Assembly: GCA_035714445.1 (NCBI GenBank)
Contig: DASTLY010000146.1
Location: forward strand, 17,730 to 81,729
DNA length: 64,000 nucleotides
Direction of reading: 5' to 3'
DNA from: Mycobacteriales bacterium
GTDB lineage: Bacteria > Actinomycetota > Actinomycetes > Mycobacteriales > SCTD01
Shown here: piece after piece, positions 18,726-30,770 of the stretch
How the letters are laid out: each line of letters starts with the position of its first letter
Numbering within the stretch: the stretch's first letter is position 1
The notes under the pieces: generated by a model
Database searches by the model: none
Seen by the model: the letters and a program-made list of their open reading frames with translations, nothing else
What the model was told of the DNA's origin: nothing
Translations under genes and position numbers: made by a program

Positions 18726-19730
18726 TCATCCTGCGCCGTCCGGACCTGCGGCGAGGGCCGCCCGCACCTGCGCGGGGGGCAGCAGGCCGTCCAGCGCGGC
18801 CAGCAGCAGTTGCGCAAGGCCGTACCCGGGATCGGTCGACAGCGCCCGCTGCACCGCGACGAGCGCCAGCGCCCCGTTGCCGTGCGCGTACGCCACCCCG
18901 GCGAGCACGGCGCAGAGCGGTGCGTCGTCGGGCGGCACGACCCCGCGGGACAGCTGCCCGAGCAGCCCGAGGAGCGCGTCGCGGCGCGGCCCGCTCCAGG
19001 ACAGGACCGCGTCGCGGACCTCGACGACGTGCAGTGCCAGGGCGAGTGCCGCGGCGTCTGCCGGCGGCAGCGGCGCGGGCCGGCTCTCCCAGCTGTCGAG
19101 GGCCCGGCGCCACCGGTCCAGCTCCGCGTCGCCGCGCCGGCCGGCGGGCCGCCGCCCCTCGAGGGCCTGCCGGGCCTGCGCCTGCAGCCGCCGGGCGAGG
19201 GCGGCCCCGAGCGGCGGCTGCGGCGCCACGCTCGCGACCAGCTCCTCGCGGGAGGCCAGCACGGCCCTCCCGTCGTACGCCTGCTCGCTCGCGGCCGCCG
19301 TGACCAGCGCGCTGCCGGTGTCCACCGGCCGGCCGGTGGGCGGGCAGCACGGGGCGGTGCACGAGTAGGACCACCAGCGGCCGCCGCGCACCAGCAGCGC
19401 CTCGGTCACCTCGATGCCCCGCCCCGCCAGCGCCTGCTCGACCTCGGACACGAGCTCGGACCAGGGATGCCCGTCGACGCCCGGCTCGTGGCTGTGCACC
19501 ACCAGGACGGCCGCACGGGCACCGTCGCGGACCAGGCCCTCGCCGATCTGCCGGATCAGCAGCGGCACGTCGGCGAGGTCGGCCCGCACGGTCAGGCCGA
19601 TCCGCCGCCGCGGCCCCCGCAGGCTGAGGACGACCAGGCTCTCGCTCGGCGCGAAGCCCACCAGCCGGGGCACGAGGGCCGCGAGGTCGCCGGGATCGCG
19701 GCAGGTCAGCACAGGTGCGGGGACGGTCAT
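18726..19730 (-). CDS. DUF4192 domain-containing protein
   Basis: The protein is 334 aa. The N-terminus ...PGDLAALVPRLVGFAPSESLVVLSL and the Cys cluster WWSYSCTAPCCPPTGRPV match my memory of the actinobacterial DUF4192 family. Confidence 0.75.
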   Translation of the reverse strand: MTVPAPVLTCRDPGDLAALVPRLVGFAPSESLVVLSLRGPRRRIGLTVRADLADVPLLIRQIGEGLVRDGARAAVLVVHSHEPGVDGHPWSELVSEVEQALAGRGIEVTEALLVRGGRWWSYSCTAPCCPPTGRPVDTGSALVTAAASEQAYDGRAVLASREELVASVAPQPPLGAALARRLQAQARQALEGRRPAGRRGDAELDRWRRALDSWESRPAPLPPADAAALALALHVVEVRDAVLSWSGPRRDALLGLLGQLSRGVVPPDDAPLCAVLAGVAYAHGNGALALVAVQRALSTDPGYGLAQLLLAALDGLLPPAQVRAALAAGPDGAG

Positions 19731-19775
19731 GCGGCCGACCCTGCAGGCCTAGCTGGGTGCCCGCCAGGCCCGCGG

Positions 19776-19838
19776 CCCGACCTGTGGACGCCGCCCGACC
19801 TGTGGACGCCGCCCGACCTGTGGACGGCGCTCGACCTC
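19776..19838. repeat. 18-bp tandem direct repeat, 3 copies plus a partial fourth
   Basis: CCCGACCTGTGGACGCCG occurs at 19776-19793 and 19794-19811 (identical). CCCGACCTGTGGACGGCG is at 19812-19829, followed by CTCGACCTC. The array lies in the 119-bp gap upstream of the DUF4192 gene and downstream of the SDR gene. Confidence 0.95.
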
Positions 19839-19849
19839 CGCCCAGGCCG

Positions 19850-20725
19850 CTACGGCAGCGGCATCCCGCCGGTGACGCCGATCCGCTCCCCGGTGATGTA
19901 GCTGGCCTCCTGCGACGCGAGGAACACGAACGGCGCCGCGACCTCGATCGGCTGCCCGGGACGGCCCATCGGGGTCTGCTCCCCGAAGGACCCGACCTCG
20001 TCGGCCGGCATGGTGGCGGGGATCAGCGGGGTCCAGATCGGCCCGGGAGCCACCGTGTTGACCCGGATCCCCTTCTCCGCCACCTCCTGCGCCAGCGACT
20101 TGGTGATGTTGACGATCGCCGCCTTGCTGGCGGCGTAGTCCATGAGCGACGGCTTGGGCTGGTAGGCCTCCACCGAGCTGGTCGTCAGGATGCTGGAGCC
20201 GGGGGCCATGTGGGGGATCGCCGCCTTCGCCAGCCAGAACAGTGCGTAGACGTTGGTCCGGAACACCCGGTCGATCTGCTCGGTCGTGATGTCGGCGATC
20301 GAGCTCTGCGCCATCTGGTAGGCCGCGTTGCTGACCAGGATGTCGAGGCCGCCGAGCTCGCTCACGGCCTGCTCCACCACCGCCGTGCAGAACGACTCGT
20401 CCCGCAGGTCCCCGGCGACGGCCACGCCCTTGCGGCCGGCCTGCTCGACCAGCTGCACCGTCTGCTTGCCGTCGGCGTCCTCCTCCGGCAGGTGCACGAC
20501 CAGCACGTCGGCGCCCTCCCGCGCGAAGGCCACGGCCACCGCCCGGCCGATGCCCGAGTCACCACCGGTGATCAGGGCCCGCTTGCCGGTCAGCTTCCCG
20601 GACCCGGTGTAGGTCTGCTCGCCGTGGTCGGGCTGGCGGTCCATGTCCGCGGTCAGCCCCGGGTGCTCGATCGACTCCTCGCCGGGTGCACCGGGGTACT
20701 TCTGGGTCGGGTCCTCGCTGGCCAT
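19850..20725 (-). CDS. SDR family oxidoreductase (YhdF / general-stress glucose-dehydrogenase-like)
   Basis: The protein is 291 aa with TGGDSGIG and NAA motifs and the YAASK catalytic motif. It has an N-terminal polar extension typical of this SDR subgroup. Confidence 0.9.
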   Translation of the reverse strand: MASEDPTQKYPGAPGEESIEHPGLTADMDRQPDHGEQTYTGSGKLTGKRALITGGDSGIGRAVAVAFAREGADVLVVHLPEEDADGKQTVQLVEQAGRKGVAVAGDLRDESFCTAVVEQAVSELGGLDILVSNAAYQMAQSSIADITTEQIDRVFRTNVYALFWLAKAAIPHMAPGSSILTTSSVEAYQPKPSLMDYAASKAAIVNITKSLAQEVAEKGIRVNTVAPGPIWTPLIPATMPADEVGSFGEQTPMGRPGQPIEVAAPFVFLASQEASYITGERIGVTGGMPLP

Positions 20726-20855
20726 ACGTCCTCCTCGACTCGTGGGTCCGTGCGGCAGCCCCGGTGCCCGGCGCGGGGCGAGTCATGCCGTCAGGACCGG
20801 CACGAGCGGGGGGCAGGACCACCACGAGCGGACCGGGACCGGGAGCGGAACGCCG

Positions 20856-22124
20856 TCAGGAGGAGCGGGGCAGGGTCAGCCCGAGCAGCCCGGCGAGCCC
20901 GACGACGGCCGCGCTGACGAGCAGCGCCACGGTGTACGACGCGGAGTCGATCAGCAGCCCGGCCGCCAGCGGCCCGAGGATCGAGCCGAGGTCGCTGCTC
21001 ATCTGCCACACGGCCACCGGCGTGCCGCCCCTTCCCTCGACGACGTCCCCCACGAGCGCCGCGGGGGCCACCCCGAGCAGCGAGCCGCCAACCCCGAAGA
21101 CCGTCATCGCGAGCAGCAGGGACACCGGGCCGGTGGCGGCGGCGAGCAGCACCAGGGCAGCGGCGGTCGCCAGGGCGCCGAGGACCAGGGTGGGGCGGCG
21201 TCCGTTGGTGTCCACCGCCCGGCCGGCCGGGAGCAGCAGCGCCGTCTGCACCAGCGCCGACACCAGGAACGCCGCGCCGATCCAGCCCCCCGGCAGGTGC
21301 AGGGACTGCACCACCAGCAGCGGCACCAGCGTGCTGCGCACCCCGAGCACCGAGAAGCCCACGGCGAAGTTGCCGGCCAGCGCCGCCCGGTACGCCGGCT
21401 GCCCCAGGGCCTGCCCGAGGGTCGTACGTGGCTCAGCCGCGGCGTCGACGGGCACCGAGCCGCCGGCGACGACCGGCGCCGGCTTGGGCAGCAGCACCGC
21501 CCCGGCCACCCCGGCGAGCACCAGGGTCGCGGCGTACAGGAAGAACGGCGCGCGCAGCGAGACGCCGACGACCAGCCCGCCGAGCGCCGGCCCGACGATC
21601 CCGCCGATCAGGAACCCGGCCCGGTACACGCCCTGCGTCCGGCCGCGCTGGGCGGCGGCGGCGACGCGCAGCAGCAGGCTGGTCGAGGCGATCGTGAACA
21701 CCGCCGAGCCCACCCCGCCGATCCCCCGCAGCACCAGCAGCTGCGGGTACGACACCGCCAGGCCCGCCATCAGCGACGAGACGGCGACCACCGCGATGCC
21801 GCCGACCAGCGCCGTCCGCTCCCCCACCCGGTCGCTCAGCCGGCCGGCGGCCAGCCCGGACGCGAAGCGCATCAGCGCGAACGCCGACACCACGGCGCCG
21901 GCGGCTGTCGTCCCGACGCCGAACTGCAGGGCGAACAGCGGGATCGCGGGCGCCACGATGCCGAAGCCGAGGGCGACGCAGAAAGCCACCACCGCCAGCA
22001 CCCACGTCTCGCGGGGCAGGCCCCGCAGGCTCTGCGGGACGGCGGCCACGGCAGGATCCAACCAGCCGCGGCCCAGACGGGCGGGCCGGAGCCAGCAGGA
22101 GGAGAGCATGGACGCCACGGTCAC
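20856..22124 (-). CDS. MFS transporter
   Basis: The protein is 422 aa and multi-TM, with the MFS loop GRLSDRVGERTAL. The start is uncertain. The track ATG 22124 overlaps the divergent GNAT gene, and the in-frame GTG 22049 (VAAVPQSL...) is an alternative. Confidence 0.85.
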   Translation of the reverse strand: MTVASMLSSCWLRPARLGRGWLDPAVAAVPQSLRGLPRETWVLAVVAFCVALGFGIVAPAIPLFALQFGVGTTAAGAVVSAFALMRFASGLAAGRLSDRVGERTALVGGIAVVAVSSLMAGLAVSYPQLLVLRGIGGVGSAVFTIASTSLLLRVAAAAQRGRTQGVYRAGFLIGGIVGPALGGLVVGVSLRAPFFLYAATLVLAGVAGAVLLPKPAPVVAGGSVPVDAAAEPRTTLGQALGQPAYRAALAGNFAVGFSVLGVRSTLVPLLVVQSLHLPGGWIGAAFLVSALVQTALLLPAGRAVDTNGRRPTLVLGALATAAALVLLAAATGPVSLLLAMTVFGVGGSLLGVAPAALVGDVVEGRGGTPVAVWQMSSDLGSILGPLAAGLLIDSASYTVALLVSAAVVGLAGLLGLTLPRSS

Positions 22125-22413
22125 CCAGGCGCCCGGCGCCGACCGGTGGGAGATCTCCGTCGCCGGGCGGGTCGCCGGCTACCTGACGTACCGGAAGGAG
22201 CCCGGCCGGGTCGCCCTCGAGCACACCGTCATCAACCCGGCGTACGAGGGGCAGGGCCTGGCCTCGCAGCTGGTGCGGGCGAGCCTCGACCGGGCCCGCG
22301 AGCAGGGCCTCGACGTCTTGCCCGTCTGCTCCTACGTCCGGTCGTGGATCGGCCGGCACCCCGACTACCTCGACCTGGTGCCGGCCGGGGAGCGGGCCGG
22401 ATACGGGCTCTAG
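22108..22413 (+). CDS. Small GNAT-family N-acetyltransferase (YjdJ-like, about 100 aa)
   Basis: ATG 22108 follows AGGAGGAG. The sequence ...LEHTVINPAYEGQGLASQLVRASLDRAREQGLDVLPVCSYV... is typical of the single-domain GNAT-like family. It is the tail of track ORF 20686..22413. Confidence 0.8.
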   Translation: MDATVTQAPGADRWEISVAGRVAGYLTYRKEPGRVALEHTVINPAYEGQGLASQLVRASLDRAREQGLDVLPVCSYVRSWIGRHPDYLDLVPAGERAGYGL

Positions 22414-22470
22414 CCACAGGCACCCAAGAGCCACAGGGATCCAAGAGCCACAGGGACCCCCGCACAGGTG
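22412..22470. repeat. 17-bp tandem direct repeat
   Basis: CCAAGAGCCACAGGGAT at 22424-22440 is followed by CCAAGAGCCACAGGGAC at 22441-22457. It is flanked by degenerate copies (AGCCACAGG at 22412, CGCACAGG at 22461). The array sits between the GNAT stop and the SDR start. Confidence 0.9.
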
Positions 22471-22502
22471 GCATCCGCGGACAGCCGGGTACGCGGCCGT
22501 AC

Positions 22503-23297
22503 ATGACGGACACCCGACCCCTCGCCCTGATCACCGGCGCCTCCAGCGGCATCGGCCTCGAGCTCGCCCGGCAGTTCGCCGGCGGCGGCTACGACCTGCT
22601 CCTCGTCGCGGAGGACGACGCCCTCGACGCGGCGGCGGCCGGCCTGCGCGCCGGCGGCGTCCAGGTCCAGGCGGTGCAGGCGGACCTGCGGACCGAGGCC
22701 GGGGTCGAGCAGGTGCGCACCGCCCTGCTCGCCGACGGCCGCCCGCTGGACGCCGCCGCGCTCAACGCCGGCATCGGCCAGGGCGGCGCCTTCGTCGACC
22801 AGAAGATCGACGACGTGCTCTCCCTGATCGACCTCAACGTGCGCTCGACCGTGCTGCTCGCGCACGAGGTGCTCGGCTCCATGGTGGCCCGGGGCTCCGG
22901 TCGCGTGCTGGTCACGTCCTCGATCGCGTCGACCATGCCGGGCCCGTTCCAGGCCGTCTACAACGCGTCGAAGTCGTTCCTGCAGTCGTTCACCAAGGCG
23001 CTGCAGGGCGAGCTCGCCGGCACCGGCGTGACGGTCACCTCACTGATGCCCGGGCCGACGGACACCAACTTCTTCCTGCGCGGCGACCTGCTCGACACCG
23101 TCATGGGCTCAGGCCCCAAGGACAGCCCGGCGGACGTCGCCCGGCAGGGGTACGAGGCGCTGATGGCCGGCCGGCAGCAGGTGGTCGCGGCCTCGCTCAT
23201 GAGCAAGCTCATGGCGGCCAGCAACGCGGTGCTGCCCGACCCGGTCAAGGTCGCCGCGCACCGGCTGATGACCAAGCCCCGCAGCTCCCTGCGCTGA
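22503..23297 (+). CDS. SDR family oxidoreductase
   Basis: ATG is at 22503. It has TGASSGIG and NAG motifs and the YNASK motif. It is the tail of track ORF 20643..23297. Confidence 0.9.
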   Translation: MTDTRPLALITGASSGIGLELARQFAGGGYDLLLVAEDDALDAAAAGLRAGGVQVQAVQADLRTEAGVEQVRTALLADGRPLDAAALNAGIGQGGAFVDQKIDDVLSLIDLNVRSTVLLAHEVLGSMVARGSGRVLVTSSIASTMPGPFQAVYNASKSFLQSFTKALQGELAGTGVTVTSLMPGPTDTNFFLRGDLLDTVMGSGPKDSPADVARQGYEALMAGRQQVVAASLMSKLMAASNAVLPDPVKVAAHRLMTKPRSSLR

Positions 23298-23306
23298 GGC
23301 GCGGGC

Positions 23307-26036
<2,730 letters not shown>

Positions 26037-26103
26037 GCAACCTCCCGGTCGGTGTCGCCGCGACGCTAGTGCTCGCGTGTGACAGCCAGGGGTCGCAGCC
26101 GCG

Positions 26104-27588
26104 CTACCTGCCCGGTCGCAGTACCCTCGGCAGGCCGAGGACGGCGGCGAGGCCCAGCACCGAGCGCGGGCTGTAGGCCACCCGCCACAGCCCGCCGTGG
26201 GCCGCGCCGGAGACGAACAGGTCGTCCGGGTGCGTCGGCGCCGGGGCCTGCGCCCGCACGTCGTGCACGAGCAGCGCGGCCATCAGCACCCGGCTGGTAC
26301 GCGGTGCGAAGACCTCGACGCCGAACCGGTGGGCGCCGGCGTACGCCGCGGCGAGCAGCCGGTTCTTCGTCACCGACCGGGTCTGCGTGGCCGGGGCGAC
26401 ATTGGCGGACACCGGGTGCCCGTCGGCCTGCGCGACCACGGCCCGCCACCGCTGCACGCGCTTGGCCAGGGTGTAGTTGGGCCCCTGCTGCGGCACCAGC
26501 ACGTCCGCCACGCCGGCGGTGCTGCCGTCCTCGCGCTCGACGGTCGTGGTGTACGCGGGCGCGTACAGCCCCGCGTACCGCGCCGGCGTCTGCACCGTGC
26601 CCCAGAGCCCGCGCGCCGCCCAGTTGCGCCGCGCGCCGTCGACGACCTCCGCCGGTACGGCGAACGCGTCGGTCGGCGTGGCCAGCTCGGCGTAGCCGGT
26701 GCCCGGCCGCTCGCGCAGGAGCAGCTCGACGACGGCGTCGCTGGCGTGCACCACCTGGACGTGGCGCGCGCCGTCGGCGTACGCGTAGCTGCCGATCGTG
26801 AGCGGCAGGTCGGGCGCCGCCGTACGCAGGAACGCCGCCACCTCCGGCGTACGGGTCATCAGGTCGACACCGAGGGTGCCCGGGGCGCCCTCGACGGCGG
26901 TCAGCGTGCCGGCGCCGGCCCGGGCCGCGGCGGTCACCCGGTCCCAGATCGCCGGCACCGGCATGTCGACGGCGACCACGTGCGCGCCCCAGCGCGACAG
27001 CGGCTCCAGCGGCCCCATCTCGGCGCCGGCGCCCAGCAGCGCGAACGCCGAGTCGGACAGGTCGAGCCAGCCGGGCTCGTCGACCACCCGGTGCAGGGCC
27101 TGCCCGCAGGAGGCCTCGACCAGGCCGGCGGCCACCCAGGCGTCGACCTGGCGGCGCAGCGCGTCCCCGCGCAGCTGCTGCCCGCGGTAGGGCAGGACCA
27201 GCTCGGTCTCGCGCTGCCCCTCGCCGCGGACCACCTGGGCGCCGAGCGGCTCGCGGGGCGCCCCCAGGGCCTCGGCGAGCGGGGTCGCGGCGCCGTCCCG
27301 CTCGAAGCGCATCCGCCCGGCCAGCGAGTCCAGCCCCGACCGCGCGACCTCGACAGCCCCCTTGTCGCCGGCCGTCGCGGCCGCGGTGTGCTCGACCACC
27401 AGCCCGACGTAGTCCTTGCGCCAGTTGCGGCTGTGCTCGATGCGCTGCGCCAAGCCCTCGTCGACGACCCGCACCGCGTCGGCCCAGACCGCCCGGCCGG
27501 TCGCCGCGGTGCTCCTGGTGCCGTCGGCGCCCGTCGGGAACTGCACACCCTGCTGGCGGTCCTGCGACCCCGTCGGCCTGTTCGCCAC
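26104..27588 (-). CDS. Hypothetical protein (about 494 aa) with a possible Rossmann-like segment
   Basis: This is the tail of track ORF 26104..28767, with a tentative GTG start at 27588. The segment [27 protein letters not shown] looks like a dinucleotide-binding beta-alpha-beta element. I do not recognise the family. Confidence 0.5.
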   Translation of the reverse strand: MANRPTGSQDRQQGVQFPTGADGTRSTAATGRAVWADAVRVVDEGLAQRIEHSRNWRKDYVGLVVEHTAAATAGDKGAVEVARSGLDSLAGRMRFERDGAATPLAEALGAPREPLGAQVVRGEGQRETELVLPYRGQQLRGDALRRQVDAWVAAGLVEASCGQALHRVVDEPGWLDLSDSAFALLGAGAEMGPLEPLSRWGAHVVAVDMPVPAIWDRVTAAARAGAGTLTAVEGAPGTLGVDLMTRTPEVAAFLRTAAPDLPLTIGSYAYADGARHVQVVHASDAVVELLLRERPGTGYAELATPTDAFAVPAEVVDGARRNWAARGLWGTVQTPARYAGLYAPAYTTTVEREDGSTAGVADVLVPQQGPNYTLAKRVQRWRAVVAQADGHPVSANVAPATQTRSVTKNRLLAAAYAGAHRFGVEVFAPRTSRVLMAALLVHDVRAQAPAPTHPDDLFVSGAAHGGLWRVAYSPRSVLGLAAVLGLPRVLRPGR

Positions 27589-27668
27589 GTCGACCTCCTC
27601 GTCGTCCCGGAGCGACGAGCGTGCCACCCGGCCGCGGCCGGCCGTCCCGCAGGTCGGCGTCGGGCCCG

Positions 27669-28676
27669 TCAGACCTTGAGCACCAGCTTGCCGGTGTTCT
27701 CCCCGGCGAACAGCTTGCGCAGTGCCCCGGGGAACGCCCGTACGCCGCCCTCGACCACTGTCTCCTGCGAGACCAGCCGGCCGTCGGCGAGCCAGCCGGA
27801 CATCTCCCGCAGCGCCTCCGGGAAGCGGTCGGCGTAGTCGAAGACGAGGAAGCCCTCCATGCGCGCCCGGCTGACCAGCAGCGACATGTAGTTGGCCGGG
27901 CCGGTCATCCGGCCCTCCGCGTTGTACTGGCTGACGGCGCCGCAGAGCACCACCCGGCCGCGCAGAGCGAGCCGCGGGAGCACCGCGTCGAGCACCTCGC
28001 CGCCGACGTTGTCGAAGTAGACGTCCACCTTGTCGGGGGTCTCGCGCCGCAGGCCGGCCCGCAGGTCGTCCCGGTAGTCGATGCAGGCGTCGAAGCCGAG
28101 CTCCTCGACGACGGCCCGGCACTTCGCGGCGCCACCCGCGATGCCGACCACCCGGCAGCCGTGGATCTTGGCGATCTGCCCGACCACGCTGCCGGTCGCC
28201 CCCGCGGCGCCCGACACCACCACGGTCTCGCCCGCCCGCGGCCGGCCGACGTCGAGCAGCCCGAAGTACGCGGTCATCCCGGTCATCCCGAGCGCGCCGA
28301 GGTAGGTCGGCAGCGGCGCCTTGGCCGGGTCGACGACCTGCACGCCCGCGCCGTCGCTCACGGCGTACTCCTGGACGCCGGTGGTGGCGACCACGTGCGC
28401 GCCCTCCGGGAAGCGACCCGCGCGGCTGGCGACGACCTCGCCGACGACGCCGGCCCGCATCACCTCGCCGAGGCCGACCGGCGGGACGTACGACCGGACG
28501 TCGTTCATCCAGCCGCGCATCGCGGGGTCCACCGAGATGTAGCGGGTGCGCAGCAGGAACTCGCCGTCCCCGGGCTCGGGGGCGGGTTCGGTCACCACGT
28601 CCCACACGTCGTCGGTGGGCAGGCCGGTCGGTCGCTTCGCCAGGCGCACGCTGGTGTTGTCGGTCATGGCAGCCAC
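27669..28676 (-). CDS. NADP-dependent oxidoreductase (medium-chain dehydrogenase, YncB/CurA/PTGR-like)
   Basis: The protein is 335 aa. It has SVDPAMRGWM, GMTGMTAYFGL and the VSGAAGATGSVVGQIAK cofactor loop, and ends ENTGKLVLKV. Confidence 0.92.
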   Translation of the reverse strand: MAAMTDNTSVRLAKRPTGLPTDDVWDVVTEPAPEPGDGEFLLRTRYISVDPAMRGWMNDVRSYVPPVGLGEVMRAGVVGEVVASRAGRFPEGAHVVATTGVQEYAVSDGAGVQVVDPAKAPLPTYLGALGMTGMTAYFGLLDVGRPRAGETVVVSGAAGATGSVVGQIAKIHGCRVVGIAGGAAKCRAVVEELGFDACIDYRDDLRAGLRRETPDKVDVYFDNVGGEVLDAVLPRLALRGRVVLCGAVSQYNAEGRMTGPANYMSLLVSRARMEGFLVFDYADRFPEALREMSGWLADGRLVSQETVVEGGVRAFPGALRKLFAGENTGKLVLKV

Positions 28677-28820
28677 CCTGCCACTGCCGGTGCGCAGGCT
28701 TTCCCGCGCCCGGCAGCCGGGGCCCGCTGCCGGTGCCGCGCCCCGGCGGTTCCGGTGCGTCGGTCACCGGGCATCACCTCGTCGTGCGTGGTGGACACGC
28801 CGAAGACCAGGAGGAACGAC

Positions 28821-29297
28821 ATGACCCAGCCCGCGGTCACCGAGCTCGACCGCACCCCCGTCGCCGACTACCGCACCTACGCCGAGGCGCAGCGGGCGGT
28901 GGACTTCCTGAGCGACTCGCACTTCCCCGTCGAGAAGACCTCCATCATCGGCTCCGACCTGCGGATGGTGGAGAACGTGATCGGCCGGCTCACCCGAGGC
29001 CGGGCGGCACTGGCCGGGGCCGGCAGCGGCGCCTGGTTCGGGCTCCTGTTCGGCCTGCTCATCTCGCTGTTCGCCAACGGCACCGGCAACACCTTCGCGG
29101 TGGTCCTCGAGTGCGTGCTGATCGGCCTGGCGTTCGGGGCGGTGTTCGGGTTCGTCGCCCACGCCGCGACCGGCGGCCGGCGCGACTTCACCTCCCGCAG
29201 CGCGATCGTGGCCCACCGCTACGAGGTCCAGGTCGACAGCGACGTTGCCGAGGACGCCAAGAACCTGCTGATCAAGCTGGCGTGGCGCACGAGCTGA
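28821..29297 (+). CDS. General stress protein 17M (YflT)-like membrane protein
   Basis: ATG 28821 follows AGGAGGA. An N-terminal YflT-like domain (YRTYAEAQRAVDFLSDSHFPVEKTSIIGSDL) is followed by two Gly-rich TM helices. Confidence 0.7.
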   Translation: MTQPAVTELDRTPVADYRTYAEAQRAVDFLSDSHFPVEKTSIIGSDLRMVENVIGRLTRGRAALAGAGSGAWFGLLFGLLISLFANGTGNTFAVVLECVLIGLAFGAVFGFVAHAATGGRRDFTSRSAIVAHRYEVQVDSDVAEDAKNLLIKLAWRTS

Positions 29298-30724
29298 GCC
29301 TGCTGCTGCGGGACGGCCGGACGCCCGAGCCCGTCGACCTGCGGCTGCGCGACGGGATCGTCGTCGAGCGCGGGCCGCACCTGTGGCCGGAGCCCGGCGA
29401 GCGGGTGCTCGACCTGGCCGGCAGGTACGTTCGTCGCGGCCTGCGCGACGCCCACGCCCACGTCGTCGAGTGGGCCCGGGCGCAGCGCGAGACCGACCTG
29501 TCCGGCGCCCGATCAGCGGTCGCCGCGGCGGAGCTCGTGGCCCGGGCCGACGGCAGGGGCCTGCTGCGCGGCGGCGGCTTCCGCGACACCGGCTGGCCGG
29601 ACCGGCCCAGCGCCGGCCTGCTCGACCGGGCCGCTCCCGGGCGGGCCGTCGTGCTGCGCAGCAGGGACATGCACAGCCTGTGGCTGTCGTCGGCGGCCCT
29701 CGCGCTGGCCGGCCTGCCCGGGCACCCGACCGGGCTGCTGCAGGAGCACGAGGCCTGGGACGCGCTGGCCCGGCTGCCGGCCCACCGCGACGCCGACGAC
29801 GACGACGCGGTGGCCGGCGCCGTCGCCGCCGCCCACCGCCGCGGGCTGACCGCCGTGCGGGACTTCTCGTTCGAGCAGAGCCACCCGGCGTGGGCCCGGC
29901 GGCAGCGCGAGGCCGGCGGCCGGCTGCCGCTGCGCGTCGAGGCGGTCGTGCAGCCGGACCTGCTGGCCTCGTACGTCGACCGGGGCCTCGCGACCGGCGA
30001 CGGCGACGCCTTCCTGACCGTCGGCCCGCTCAAGCTGTTCGCCGACGGCTCGCTGGGCTCCCGCACCGCCCGCTGCCTGACGCCGTACGCCGGGACCGAC
30101 GACCGGGGCCTGCGGCTGCTGGACCCCGAGCAGCTGCGCCGGGCGCTGGAGCAGGCCCGGGCGGCGCGGTTCGCTGTCGCGGTGCACGCCATCGGCGACG
30201 AGGCCACCCGCGACGCGCTGCACGCGCTGCAGGGCGCCGGCGTGCCGAGCAGCATCGAGCACGCCCAGCTCCTGCGGCCGGCGGACCTGCCGCTGTTCGC
30301 CCGCGGCGGCGTCACGGCGTCCCTGCAGCCGGCGCACCTGCTCGACGACGCCGGCGCCGTCGACGACCTGTGGCGCGGCACGCCTTCGATCCCGTACGCC
30401 GTCCGCAGCCTGGTGGAGGCCGGTGCCCGGGTCGTGCTCGGCAGCGACGCCCCCGTCTCGCCGCTGGACCCCTGGCGCAGCATCGCCGCGGCCGTGCACC
30501 GCACGGACGGCACCGCTCCCGCCTGGCGGCCCGCCGAGGCGGTGCCCCTCGAGCTGGCCCTGCAGGCTTCCGGCGCCCGCCGGCCGCGCCCGGGCGACGC
30601 CGCCGACCTGGTCGTGCTGGCGGAGCCGCCGTACGCGCTGTCGGCCGCCGACCTGGCAGCCATACCCGTGCACGCCACATTCGTCGGCGGCCGGTGCGTG
30701 CACGGACCCTGGGCACAGGACTGA
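29282..30724 (+). CDS. Amidohydrolase family protein (YtcJ-like metal-dependent hydrolase)
   Basis: This is the tail of track ORF 28733..30724. The start is GTG 29282 (tentative; it overlaps the previous gene by 16 nt). It has the DAHAH metal motif, KLFADGSLGSRTA, AVHAIGD, EHAQ and SDAPV motifs. Confidence 0.85.
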   Translation: MAHELSLLLRDGRTPEPVDLRLRDGIVVERGPHLWPEPGERVLDLAGRYVRRGLRDAHAHVVEWARAQRETDLSGARSAVAAAELVARADGRGLLRGGGFRDTGWPDRPSAGLLDRAAPGRAVVLRSRDMHSLWLSSAALALAGLPGHPTGLLQEHEAWDALARLPAHRDADDDDAVAGAVAAAHRRGLTAVRDFSFEQSHPAWARRQREAGGRLPLRVEAVVQPDLLASYVDRGLATGDGDAFLTVGPLKLFADGSLGSRTARCLTPYAGTDDRGLRLLDPEQLRRALEQARAARFAVAVHAIGDEATRDALHALQGAGVPSSIEHAQLLRPADLPLFARGGVTASLQPAHLLDDAGAVDDLWRGTPSIPYAVRSLVEAGARVVLGSDAPVSPLDPWRSIAAAVHRTDGTAPAWRPAEAVPLELALQASGARRPRPGDAADLVVLAEPPYALSAADLAAIPVHATFVGGRCVHGPWAQD

Positions 30725-30770
30725 GCGCGACGTCAGCCGGGACCTGGTGGTCGCCGACGTCAGGGGCGGG

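Noticed and set aside
19776-19838. The tandem repeat arrays at 19776, 22412 and 6223 as CRISPR arrays.
   Set aside because: The units are contiguous with no spacers, are only 17-18 bp long, and have no cas genes nearby. The 6223 array is in-frame coding sequence.
22107-22110. Divergent MFS and GNAT genes sharing a CATG so that their start codons overlap on opposite strands.
   Set aside because: This is most likely a start-codon miscall for the MFS gene. An in-frame GTG at 22049 leaves a normal 58-bp divergent promoter region and still precedes the first TM helix.
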